Below are positions 9,259 through 18,116 of a stretch of 64,000 nucleotides of DNA, piece after piece (within the stretch, counting starts at the first letter, position 1; each line of letters opens with the position of its first letter). The position numbers and the translations under genes are program-made. The DNA comes from Bacteroidia bacterium (GTDB lineage Bacteria > Bacteroidota > Bacteroidia > NS11-12g > UBA955): positions 713-64,712 of the forward strand of contig CBFHXF010000007.1 in the NCBI GenBank assembly GCA_965659745.1, given 5' to 3'. Under the pieces are notes generated by a model. That model saw only the letters and a list, made by a program, of their open reading frames with translations. It did not search any database and was not told where the DNA came from.

Positions 9259-10911
9259 ATGACTTTGGTTGTTGCCATTATTGTTCTGGCTCTGATTTTT
9301 GACTATATCAATGGTTTTCATGACGCGGCCAACGCCATTGCCACTATTGTTTCTACGAAAGTATTAACTCCCATTCAGGCCGTTTTATGGGCTGCCATGT
9401 TTAATTTCGGCGCCTTCTTTTTGTTCAAAGACCATGCTGTGGCCAATACCATTTCCAAAACGGTGGTAGATACCTATATTACTTTGGAAGTGATTTTAGC
9501 CGGGATTATTGCGGCGATTTTTTGGAACTTACTTACTTGGTGGTATGGTATTCCCTCTTCTTCTTCGCATACATTAATTGGTGGATTCGCTGGTGCTGCT
9601 GTGGCGCATGCGTTTACGGTAAAAGGATTCATGCCTTTGAGCGATATTGTAGCCTCAGATAAAATCATGAAAACCGTGTACTTTATCTTTTTGGCGCCCA
9701 TAATGGGAATGCTAATTTCGGCTTTTATAACTTTAGTAACCATTAAGCGCAACCTATGGGGACGTTTTGCCATAATGATTTTGGCATCGGGAATGACCTT
9801 TTTGATATTTGATTATTTTATGGATGTGAAATTAGAGCAAAATCTATCTAAATTTTACCGCGTAGAAAAATATCAAAAACAAGCCCTCAAGAATCCACAA
9901 GATCCACAAATACAAGCGAATTACGAATTGGCCAAATCCCACTTTGATGAGTCTTTGCCTTTTTTGGGTGAGTATAAGAGCAAGGGACAAGATGTGGTAG
10001 TTGACAACATTCTAAAAAGCGTTAATCTCAATGATGTATTGATCAATAAACAACGCGAAATTGTTGAGAAATTCCTGAAGTATGAAGCCGTAAAGAAAGA
10101 CGCTTTTTTTAACGCGAAAGACCAACCCAAATTGGCTTTGGTAGAGTCAAAAATAGCTTCTTGTATACCCATATTTGAGCAATATGAAAAATTAGGACCC
10201 GAAGAAACCGCTCAAAAAATATCGGGAATTATCCAACTGGGAGAGGCCCAAAAAGCAAAGTTCATCTCTGAATATCATGTAGATGTTCGTAAATCGCTGT
10301 CTAAAGATTTAGATAAAGCAGATAACCGACAGTTAACGTACATGATGATGATTTTCTTCGCCATTTTCGGACTCGTATATCTATACGTTGAGGTTTACAG
10401 AAAGCCCACCGCCGCCAAAATGAATCAGATGTTTAAGAAACTACAACTTTTATCGTCTGCAGCATTTAGTTTAGGTCATGGCGGTAGTGATGCTCAAAAA
10501 GTAATGGGAATTATTGGTGCCGCTCTTATTGCGAATGGAAATATTATAGACTTTAAAGAAATTCCCAACTGGGTTCCTTTGGCTTGTTATACCGCTATTG
10601 CTTTAGGTACGCTCAGTGGTGGTTGGAAAATTGTGAAGACCATGGGAACCAAAATTACGAAAGTAACTCCCTTAGAAGGAGTAGGAGCGGAAACAGCAGG
10701 AGCTATAACCTTATTTCTTACGGCTCAAATGGGAATCCCTGTCAGCACCACACACACCATAACAGGATCTATCATTGGTGTAGGTGCTACAAAGAGATTA
10801 AGTGCCGTAAGATGGGGGGTAACCCGTTCCTTATTGTTTGCATGGATAGTTACCATCCCCATTTCCGCTATTGTAGCAGCCTTAACCTATTGGGTGGTCG
10901 TTGCTTTCTAA
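9259..10911 (+). CDS. Inorganic phosphate transporter, PiT family
   Basis: 550 aa. N-terminal FDYINGFHDAANAIATIVSTKVLTP and C-terminal GHGGSDAQKVMGII / TTHTITGSIIGVG are the duplicated PiT signature repeats. A ~200 aa hydrophilic central loop lies between the halves. Confidence 0.85.
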   Translation: MTLVVAIIVLALIFDYINGFHDAANAIATIVSTKVLTPIQAVLWAAMFNFGAFFLFKDHAVANTISKTVVDTYITLEVILAGIIAAIFWNLLTWWYGIPSSSSHTLIGGFAGAAVAHAFTVKGFMPLSDIVASDKIMKTVYFIFLAPIMGMLISAFITLVTIKRNLWGRFAIMILASGMTFLIFDYFMDVKLEQNLSKFYRVEKYQKQALKNPQDPQIQANYELAKSHFDESLPFLGEYKSKGQDVVVDNILKSVNLNDVLINKQREIVEKFLKYEAVKKDAFFNAKDQPKLALVESKIASCIPIFEQYEKLGPEETAQKISGIIQLGEAQKAKFISEYHVDVRKSLSKDLDKADNRQLTYMMMIFFAIFGLVYLYVEVYRKPTAAKMNQMFKKLQLLSSAAFSLGHGGSDAQKVMGIIGAALIANGNIIDFKEIPNWVPLACYTAIALGTLSGGWKIVKTMGTKITKVTPLEGVGAETAGAITLFLTAQMGIPVSTTHTITGSIIGVGATKRLSAVRWGVTRSLLFAWIVTIPISAIVAALTYWVVVAF

Positions 10912-13497
10912 AACCGACTCAAAAGTTAATTCTCCCTCATTCAGACCTATGCGTACAAGGCCTTCCTTTATGGTACCTCCTAAAATTTGCTTGCTCAATT
11001 CATCCATAATACGCTTCTGAATAACACGCTTTAACGGCCTGGCTCCAAATTGGGGATCATATCCCAGCTGTGCTATCCAGTCTAAAGCTGCTTCTGTTAT
11101 ATCTAAATCGTAACCTTGGCCTTTAATTCTCTGTTTCAGAATTTCAAACTGAATGCGAGCAATCGCAGTGGTATGTTCTCTATTAAGAGGTTCAAACATT
11201 ACTGTTTCGTCAATACGATTCAAAAATTCTGGTCTTATAGAACGTTTTAAAAGTTCAAAAACTTTAATTTTAGTGCGTGCATGCACGGCTTCGCTATTGT
11301 CAACAGTGAGCGACTCATAAGACTCTCTTATGATATCAGCCCCAATATTCGACGTCATGATAATAATGGTATTCCTAAAATTGGCGGTGCGACCCTTGTT
11401 ATCGGTTAAGCGACCGTCATCTAAAACCTGTAGTAATATATTAAACACATCGGGATGGGCTTTTTCTATCTCATCTAATAACACCACACTGTACGGTCTT
11501 CTGCGTATGGCTTCCGTTAATTGTCCCCCTTCATCATAACCAACATAACCTGGAGGCGCTCCCACAAGTCGACTTACCGTATGTTTTTCTTGGTATTCCG
11601 ACATGTCAATACGCACCATGGCTTGATCGGTATTGAATAAATAATCGGCCAATGCTTTTGCCAATTCTGTTTTTCCAACCCCCGTGGTACCTAAGAAAAT
11701 AAAGGAACCGATTGGTTTCTTGGGATCTTGAAGTCCGGCACGGCTCCTGCGAATGGCATTCGCTAATGCTTCAATTGCCTCTTCTTGTCCTACCACGCGC
11801 TTGTGTAACTCAGATTCCAATAAAAGCAATTTCTCACGTTCACTTTGCAACATTTTTCTCAAAGGAATTCCTGTCCACCGGCTAATAACTTCTGCAATAT
11901 CTTCCGCATCTACCTCTTGTTTAACCAATGATTTGCCTTGCTTGCTTTCTCCTAATTTTAAACTCAAAGCATATAAATCTTCCTCATTGTTTTTAATCAA
12001 ACCGTATCTAATTTCAGCTACTCGACCGTAATTGCCTTCCCGTTCTGCTTGATCCGCCTCGATTTTGAGATTTTCTATATTGGCTTTTTTCTGTTGGATT
12101 TGTTGCAAAATACCCTTTTCATTTTGCCATTGGGCATTCAAAACCCCTCGGGTTTCGGTTAATTCAGCAATTTCTTCATTAAGTTTGTTGAGCTTGGATG
12201 TGTCGTTTTCGCGTTTTATGGCTTCCCGTTCAATTTCTAATTGCATGATACGGCGATTCATTTCATCGAGTTCCTCAGGAACACTGTCCATCTCTAATCT
12301 TAATTTACTCGCGGCCTCATCTAGTAAGTCAATGGCTTTATCAGGCAAAAATCGATCGTTTATGTAACGCTGACTCATCTCAACGGCCGATATAATAGCT
12401 TCGTCTTTGATACGTACTTTATGATGCACTTCATAGCGCTCTTTCAATCCTCTTAAAATCGAGATGGCCTCCTGTGTATCGGGTTCTTCTACCAAAACTT
12501 TTTGGAAACGACGCTCCAAGGCTTTATCGGTTTCAATGTATTTCTGGTATTCGGCAAGCGTAGTGGCACCAATCGCGCGCAATTCGCCTCGTGCCAGTGC
12601 CGGTTTTAAGATATTGGCCGCATCCATGGCTCCTTCGCCCTTGCCAGCACCCACCAATGTATGTATTTCATCAATAAATAAAACAACCTCACCATTAGAT
12701 TGGGTTACTTCCTTCACGACCGATTTCAGGCGTTCTTCGAATTCCCCCTTGTATTTGGCTCCTGCAATTAAAGAACCCATGTCTAAACTATAGATGGTTT
12801 TTGACTTTAAATTTTCGGGCACATCGCCGCGGATAATCCGGTGCGCCAAACCCTCGGCGATCGCCGTTTTACCCACTCCAGGTTCTCCAATAAGAACGGG
12901 ATTGTTTTTGGTACGGCGACTTAATATCTGGAGAACGCGTCGAATTTCATCGTCTCTTCCAATCACAGGATCTAACTTTCCTTCGCGCGCCATTTGATTC
13001 AAATTCAAGGCAAATTTCTTGAGTGCATTGAATTGGACTTCGGCGGTTTGACTGTCTACTTTATTATCCCCGCGCAATTCCTTAATGGCTTTGATTACTT
13101 CCGTGCGCTTAAAACCGGAATCTTTGAGGATCCCCGCCGCGGTGCTTTTGGAGTCTAAAATCCCAATAATTAAATGTTCATTGGTGATAAACTCATCGCC
13201 CATTTCTTGCATCGCTTTTTGGGCATTAACAAATAACTGACTCAGTTCTTGTGAGGCATAAACCTGTCCGCCTTGTACCTTCGGATACTGATCTACTTGC
13301 TTTTCGAGTATTTGCTGTAAATGGGAAATATTGGCACCGATTTTACCGGCGATGTATTTTATGACTTCTGCATCTTGAGACAATATCGACAACAACAAAT
13401 GTGGTACTTCAATGCTTTGTTGTCCTTTCGACATCACCATGTTTTGAGCATGGTTGATACTCTCCTGCGCTTTGATTGTAAATTGTTGTGGATTCAT
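10882..13497 (-). CDS. clpB: ATP-dependent chaperone ClpB
   Basis: 871 aa. Clp N-domain, two AAA+ modules with Walker A GEPGVGKT and GTTGVGKT, and a long middle coiled coil. Its 3' end overlaps the PiT gene 3' end by 30 nt. Confidence 0.9.
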   Translation of the reverse strand: MNPQQFTIKAQESINHAQNMVMSKGQQSIEVPHLLLSILSQDAEVIKYIAGKIGANISHLQQILEKQVDQYPKVQGGQVYASQELSQLFVNAQKAMQEMGDEFITNEHLIIGILDSKSTAAGILKDSGFKRTEVIKAIKELRGDNKVDSQTAEVQFNALKKFALNLNQMAREGKLDPVIGRDDEIRRVLQILSRRTKNNPVLIGEPGVGKTAIAEGLAHRIIRGDVPENLKSKTIYSLDMGSLIAGAKYKGEFEERLKSVVKEVTQSNGEVVLFIDEIHTLVGAGKGEGAMDAANILKPALARGELRAIGATTLAEYQKYIETDKALERRFQKVLVEEPDTQEAISILRGLKERYEVHHKVRIKDEAIISAVEMSQRYINDRFLPDKAIDLLDEAASKLRLEMDSVPEELDEMNRRIMQLEIEREAIKRENDTSKLNKLNEEIAELTETRGVLNAQWQNEKGILQQIQQKKANIENLKIEADQAEREGNYGRVAEIRYGLIKNNEEDLYALSLKLGESKQGKSLVKQEVDAEDIAEVISRWTGIPLRKMLQSEREKLLLLESELHKRVVGQEEAIEALANAIRRSRAGLQDPKKPIGSFIFLGTTGVGKTELAKALADYLFNTDQAMVRIDMSEYQEKHTVSRLVGAPPGYVGYDEGGQLTEAIRRRPYSVVLLDEIEKAHPDVFNILLQVLDDGRLTDNKGRTANFRNTIIIMTSNIGADIIRESYESLTVDNSEAVHARTKIKVFELLKRSIRPEFLNRIDETVMFEPLNREHTTAIARIQFEILKQRIKGQGYDLDITEAALDWIAQLGYDPQFGARPLKRVIQKRIMDELSKQILGGTIKEGLVRIGLNEGELTFESVLESNDHPIG

Positions 13498-13659
13498 GAC
13501 TTTTAACCTTCAAATAACATTCCAATTAGGTCTTTTGATTTTATTTAGGGAAAATCACACCACAAAGGTGTCATTTTGTCACTTTGTGCCTTAGAATCAA
13601 CGAGATTTATGACGTTTTGTCTTGGTTTGTTTGGGCAGTGTATGGAAATAATGCCTTCA

Positions 13660-15576
13660 CTAGGGATTATTAAACCCCCGAATTTTAATCGCAAAATCTT
13701 CGTCGTTAAAGCGCGTACTATCCAATCGGATGATTCGATTTTTCAATTTATAATAGCGCGACCATCTCGGATTAACGCTGCCGGTAGAATCAACGCTCCA
13801 TCGGGCTTTACTTGGTGCCGGAATCAAACTACTTAAGTAGCAGCTTTCTCCCATATTGAGCTGTGAAGGGTGTTTCCCAAAATAAAACTGAGAAGCCGAA
13901 CCTACTCCAAATATTCCAGGTCCCCATTCGATGATATTGAAATATACTTCCAACATTCGTTGTTTACTCACCGCTCGTTCTTTCTCAATGAGCCATACCA
14001 GCATGATTTCTTCCAATTTCCTCGCAAGCGTTTTGTGCTGTCGCATATACACATTTTTAATCAATTGCATAGAAATGGTACTTCCGCCTCGAGCAAAACG
14101 CTTTTCTCTAAGATTCGCAATTAATGCTTCTCTAAATGCTTCTAAGTAAAAGCCGTTATGACCGTAAAAGCTCGGATCTTCCGATCTCAAAGTACTCTCC
14201 ACTAGATTGGGTGAAATCTGATTAAAAGGAGTATAAAATGGATTATTCGGACCTACCTCAAAACCAGCCTCCCAACGGTCGCCATCAAAATAATCATGGT
14301 GAAAAGAGCCGTTTATTTTCATGGGATTTGCCTTCCCCCATTGAATCACTTTAAAATCCTTACTGTAATCTACATCCGCTTCCAAAATCGTTTTCGATAG
14401 ATCTCTTGGGGTATACCACACATAAAAACGATGTTCAAAACTTCCCTTTATTTCTGTGCCCGCAGTATAACGAAACAAACCAGCAGGCAAGGAAGGGAAA
14501 AGGTGGGTGCCGGCGGTTTTATCAAACTTCAAAAAAGCCCAATATTCACCCAAGGTATCTCTAAATGGATATTGCGCTCCGGCTTGAAATTCAAATGTAT
14601 TTATTCTCCAAATACTGCTGCTATCAAAACGAATGTTTCCATTTTCAAAATACAATTCGGGAGATCCCATAAGGGCGTCGATATATACGGAGGTATCTGA
14701 AATTCTGCGGTGATTGGCATAAGCACGGACAATGTTACAAGAAGATTTTAAGTGAATCCCTGAAGCCGTTGTGTTCACTTCGTCAATAGAAAAATCCATT
14801 TTCGAAAACCCAAATTGTCCCCCTAAAGCTTCTAAAACCACCATTTTCCTGTCAATTCCTTCTAAAGCTAAATTTCCTTCTAATGTGCGGCGGTCTAATT
14901 GCCCCTTAAGGGTAAACAGCTGTTGTTCCTTGTTTTGATTTATGGCAATGGTAGCGTTCAAAAACTCCCGTTCCCAATTAATCTGTTCGGCTTGGAATAA
15001 TTGCACATTGGGCCCTTTCCAATATCTAAACGCCATTTTGTTTACCGCCAATCTTGAGGGTAATTGCCGTAATAAATCTTTGATTAATTTTAAGGGGGAT
15101 GACGTAGATTTTTCTGTTTCTACGTTTGTTTTACTAGAGTTCGTATTGCTTTCAAGCTGTAAGGAATCTTTCCATTGCAAATTCAAGGTTGCAATACTTA
15201 CTTCGTCTATCCATCCCATGCCCAAAATGCCCGATAAAGGACTTATTTCCACATTCAAAGAGTCGCATTCTATAATTTTGAATTGCTGTGGAGTGGATAT
15301 CTCAAACCCGAGCATTTCAATAGACGCGAGTCCGTTGAAATCAAGATTTTTCGCTTTTAATAGTAAGCCTTTGGCAGCAAGTTTATCTTGTGCTTTTTTA
15401 AATCCGGCATTCAACAAACTTTGCCGAATACTGAATCCAATAATAAGTAAAACAGCGGCGAAAATCCCCAAAATTTTAACCGCATTTTTAAACGATTTAC
15501 GTTTAGTTAGGGATAACGCCCGTGTAATTATGCGGGGTAATGCCTTTGAGTTCGGTTTTGATGGTGTCGTTAACAT
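13660..15576 (-). CDS. Transglycosylase (GT51) domain-containing membrane protein with large uncharacterised N-terminal domain
   Basis: 638 aa. N-terminal TM helix, ~450 aa without recognisable motifs, then C-terminal GT51 motifs EDPSFYGHNGFYLEAFREAL ... RFARGGSTISMQLIKN. The annotated start overlaps the purB 3' end by 74 nt, so the true start is uncertain. Confidence 0.65.
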   Translation of the reverse strand: MLTTPSKPNSKALPRIITRALSLTKRKSFKNAVKILGIFAAVLLIIGFSIRQSLLNAGFKKAQDKLAAKGLLLKAKNLDFNGLASIEMLGFEISTPQQFKIIECDSLNVEISPLSGILGMGWIDEVSIATLNLQWKDSLQLESNTNSSKTNVETEKSTSSPLKLIKDLLRQLPSRLAVNKMAFRYWKGPNVQLFQAEQINWEREFLNATIAINQNKEQQLFTLKGQLDRRTLEGNLALEGIDRKMVVLEALGGQFGFSKMDFSIDEVNTTASGIHLKSSCNIVRAYANHRRISDTSVYIDALMGSPELYFENGNIRFDSSSIWRINTFEFQAGAQYPFRDTLGEYWAFLKFDKTAGTHLFPSLPAGLFRYTAGTEIKGSFEHRFYVWYTPRDLSKTILEADVDYSKDFKVIQWGKANPMKINGSFHHDYFDGDRWEAGFEVGPNNPFYTPFNQISPNLVESTLRSEDPSFYGHNGFYLEAFREALIANLREKRFARGGSTISMQLIKNVYMRQHKTLARKLEEIMLVWLIEKERAVSKQRMLEVYFNIIEWGPGIFGVGSASQFYFGKHPSQLNMGESCYLSSLIPAPSKARWSVDSTGSVNPRWSRYYKLKNRIIRLDSTRFNDEDFAIKIRGFNNP

Positions 15577-16873
15577 GTAAAGTTTCGATGAACTCGTGAA
15601 TAGACTCTTTCGTTATTTGGGTGTTTTTTCGTGTTAATTCCTTTAGTGTTTCGTAAGGATCGGGGTATTTTTCTCTGCGTAAAATCGTTTGAATGGCCTC
15701 GGCTACCACCGCCCAGTTTTGTTCTAAATCGGCATTGATTTTATCGGCATTCAAAATCAATTTGCCCAATCCGCGATTCAAACTCGATAATGCAATTAAA
15801 ATATGTCCCATCGGAACGCCTACATTCCGCAAAACCGTACTATCGGTTAAATCTCTTTGTAATCGGCTTATCGGAAGTTTATGCGACAAATGCTCCAAAA
15901 GGGCAATGGCCATACCTAAATTACCTTCTGCATTTTCAAAGTCAATCGGATTTACTTTATGGGGCATGGCGCTCGAACCTACTTCTCCTTTTTTGATCTC
16001 TTGCTTGAAATAATCCATAGAAACATAAGCCCAAACATCTCGAGAAAAATCGATTAATATCGTACAAATGCGTTTCCAAGCGTCAAAATGGGCTGCCATA
16101 GCATCGTATGATTCTATCTGTGTCGTCCATAAATTACGTTCTACTCCCAAATATTTAGAAACGAAATCTTGTCCAAACCCAATCCAATCTACCTCCGGAA
16201 ACGCCACATGATGGGCATTGAAGTTACCGGTGGCACCGCCAAATTTTGCTTTATGGGGAATTCGTTTTAAGGCTTCAAATTGACCTCGTATTCTGGCTAT
16301 AAACACCGCCCATTCTTTTCCCAATCGGGTAGGAGAGGCAGCCTGTCCATGCGTGCGGGCTAACATCGGTTGGTCCATCCATGCGCTGGCTTGCTCGGTC
16401 ATTTTTTGAATGACAGACTCCAATAGCGGATACATAACGTCTATGTTTGCATCCTTCATGCTCATAGGAATGGCCGTATTATTGATGTCTTGGCTCGTAA
16501 GTCCGAAATGCACCCACTCCTTAACCTCCGATAGATTCCACTCATCCAATCGTTCTTTAATGATATATTCTATAGCCTTTACATCGTGATTGGTAACTTT
16601 CTCAATCTCTTTTACCCGCTCTAAATCAGAATCACTTATGGTTTCGAGCCATTGCGAAAGTCGAACACCGGCTTCTGCTAATTTTACTTTATCCGAACCC
16701 AAAATGTCTAATTCGGATAGCGCCTGTAAATAGGCAATTTCTACTTTTAAGCGGTAACGGATCAGACCAGCTTCTGAAAAATAGGACTGTAAACTTTGGG
16801 TGGCTTTATGGTAACGACCGTCGATGGGACTAATTGCGTGGATTGAAGACATGAGATTATAAATGTGCTGCAA
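15503..16873 (-). CDS. purB: Adenylosuccinate lyase
   Basis: 456 aa. Fumarase/ASL family signature GSSAMPHKVNPIDFENAEGN. The N-terminus MSSIHAISPIDGRY is typical of PurB. Confidence 0.9.
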   Translation of the reverse strand: MQHIYNLMSSIHAISPIDGRYHKATQSLQSYFSEAGLIRYRLKVEIAYLQALSELDILGSDKVKLAEAGVRLSQWLETISDSDLERVKEIEKVTNHDVKAIEYIIKERLDEWNLSEVKEWVHFGLTSQDINNTAIPMSMKDANIDVMYPLLESVIQKMTEQASAWMDQPMLARTHGQAASPTRLGKEWAVFIARIRGQFEALKRIPHKAKFGGATGNFNAHHVAFPEVDWIGFGQDFVSKYLGVERNLWTTQIESYDAMAAHFDAWKRICTILIDFSRDVWAYVSMDYFKQEIKKGEVGSSAMPHKVNPIDFENAEGNLGMAIALLEHLSHKLPISRLQRDLTDSTVLRNVGVPMGHILIALSSLNRGLGKLILNADKINADLEQNWAVVAEAIQTILRREKYPDPYETLKELTRKNTQITKESIHEFIETLHVNDTIKTELKGITPHNYTGVIPN

Positions 16874-16946
16874 AAATAGAAAATATTAAACCAACTATTT
16901 TAATGATTATTTGGGGGGAAGCCTTAAATTTGGTGTCTATACCTTT

Positions 16947-18080
16947 ATGAAGATTAGTAACATTGTTCTGGTTTCTTCCTTATTATATATAGGAAATTCA
17001 ATATTTGCTCAAACAAACGACAGTGTCATTACAAAAAGCACGCATCGACAAGTACAAAAAATCACTTATCATCCCGCTAAGTATAATTACATTTCTACAC
17101 CAAGAAATTATATCAGTGGATTTGGATTAGGACTCGATTATACCAATGAAGCCTTTACTAATCGTGATCAATTAAGCTGGGACAGTTCCGAAAACTATAT
17201 CAGTGGTTCCAGTGGGTTTAATATGTATGGATTGGTAATGCCCAAAGCCATACAAAGATGGAAAGAAAAATCTCCGAGTATGGGAAGTCTCAATTGGGGA
17301 TTTGGTTTCAATGTAAATCAATTTCATAAATCAAGAAAAGAACGGGTGGTCATTAATACTGTTAATCAAGACAGTGCGCATACCCGACTAGAAACAGCGA
17401 ATTTCAGCTTGTATACCATGGCGCGTTACGAATGGGCATGGGGCAAAATACATCCTTTTATCGGTTTTCAAGGGGGCGTAAGCTTATTGTCTACCGATCA
17501 GGTTACCGAAACCTATATGATGATGACCGAATATGAAAGTCATAAACAAGAGAATATAACCACCAATGCGGCGTTTTATTGGGCTCCTGAAGTAGGGGTT
17601 AGATTGCGCATGAGTAATTGGGCAAGTCTGGTATTGGCGCATGAATGGAAGATGGGATCCCAAATAGAACTTGCCGATGTGAACAATACCCAATTCAACG
17701 GTGTTGAAATGAAAGCCAACCAACAACAGGTGAATTATCAAACAGGAATGTGGAAAATCGGAATCCTTTTCGATCTAAGTACCAACCAACGTCGAAAAGA
17801 ACTCGTAAAAGAATCGTATTACGATACCACTATGGTTATGGAAGAAATACAAGAAAATAAACCTTGTCCTCCATGTCCCTGTGAAACCAAAACCACTCCC
17901 AGAACGCAACCCGTTCCCAATAAAAAGATCGATATGGAGGTAAAGCCGATGGATTCAACTCCGTTGCCCGCACCTGTTACCCCGCGCCAGTCTTCTCCAA
18001 CCATTCCCAATACCATAAGACTACCGAAGAAGTCAATGCCCTCTATTGTGGTGCCTACGCCCCCAAAGAAAAAATCGTAA
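16947..18080 (+). CDS. Hypothetical outer-membrane-like protein with Pro/Cys-rich C-terminal tail
   Basis: Signal peptide MKISNIVLVSSLLYIGNSIFAQ. The body is rich in aromatic/Gly alternation (beta-barrel-like). C-terminal ~90 aa KPCPPCPCETKTTPRTQPVP...PTPPKKKS is low complexity. The ATG at 16947 is preferred. Confidence 0.5.
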   Translation: MKISNIVLVSSLLYIGNSIFAQTNDSVITKSTHRQVQKITYHPAKYNYISTPRNYISGFGLGLDYTNEAFTNRDQLSWDSSENYISGSSGFNMYGLVMPKAIQRWKEKSPSMGSLNWGFGFNVNQFHKSRKERVVINTVNQDSAHTRLETANFSLYTMARYEWAWGKIHPFIGFQGGVSLLSTDQVTETYMMMTEYESHKQENITTNAAFYWAPEVGVRLRMSNWASLVLAHEWKMGSQIELADVNNTQFNGVEMKANQQQVNYQTGMWKIGILFDLSTNQRRKELVKESYYDTTMVMEEIQENKPCPPCPCETKTTPRTQPVPNKKIDMEVKPMDSTPLPAPVTPRQSSPTIPNTIRLPKKSMPSIVVPTPPKKKS

Positions 18081-18088
18081 TCATAAAT

Positions 18089-18115
18089 GGGGGAGGCTTG
18101 AATGGGCTTCCCCCG
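18089..18115. terminator. Bidirectional terminator hairpin between convergent genes
   Basis: GGGGGAGGCttgaatgGGCTTCCCCC; the stem includes one G-U pair. It lies between the + strand stop at 18080 and the uvrA stop at 18117. Confidence 0.45.
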
Positions 18116-18116
18116 A

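Noticed and set aside
8968-9321. 117 aa minus-strand ORF spanning the PhoU-like/PiT junction
   Set aside because: It is antisense to two well-supported genes and has no recognisable motifs.
11330-12997. Several 60-110 aa ORFs antisense within clpB, and similar ones inside uvrA, thrS and lon
   Set aside because: They are fully embedded antisense to strongly supported conserved genes, with low-complexity Ser/Ala-rich translations typical of spurious antisense frames.
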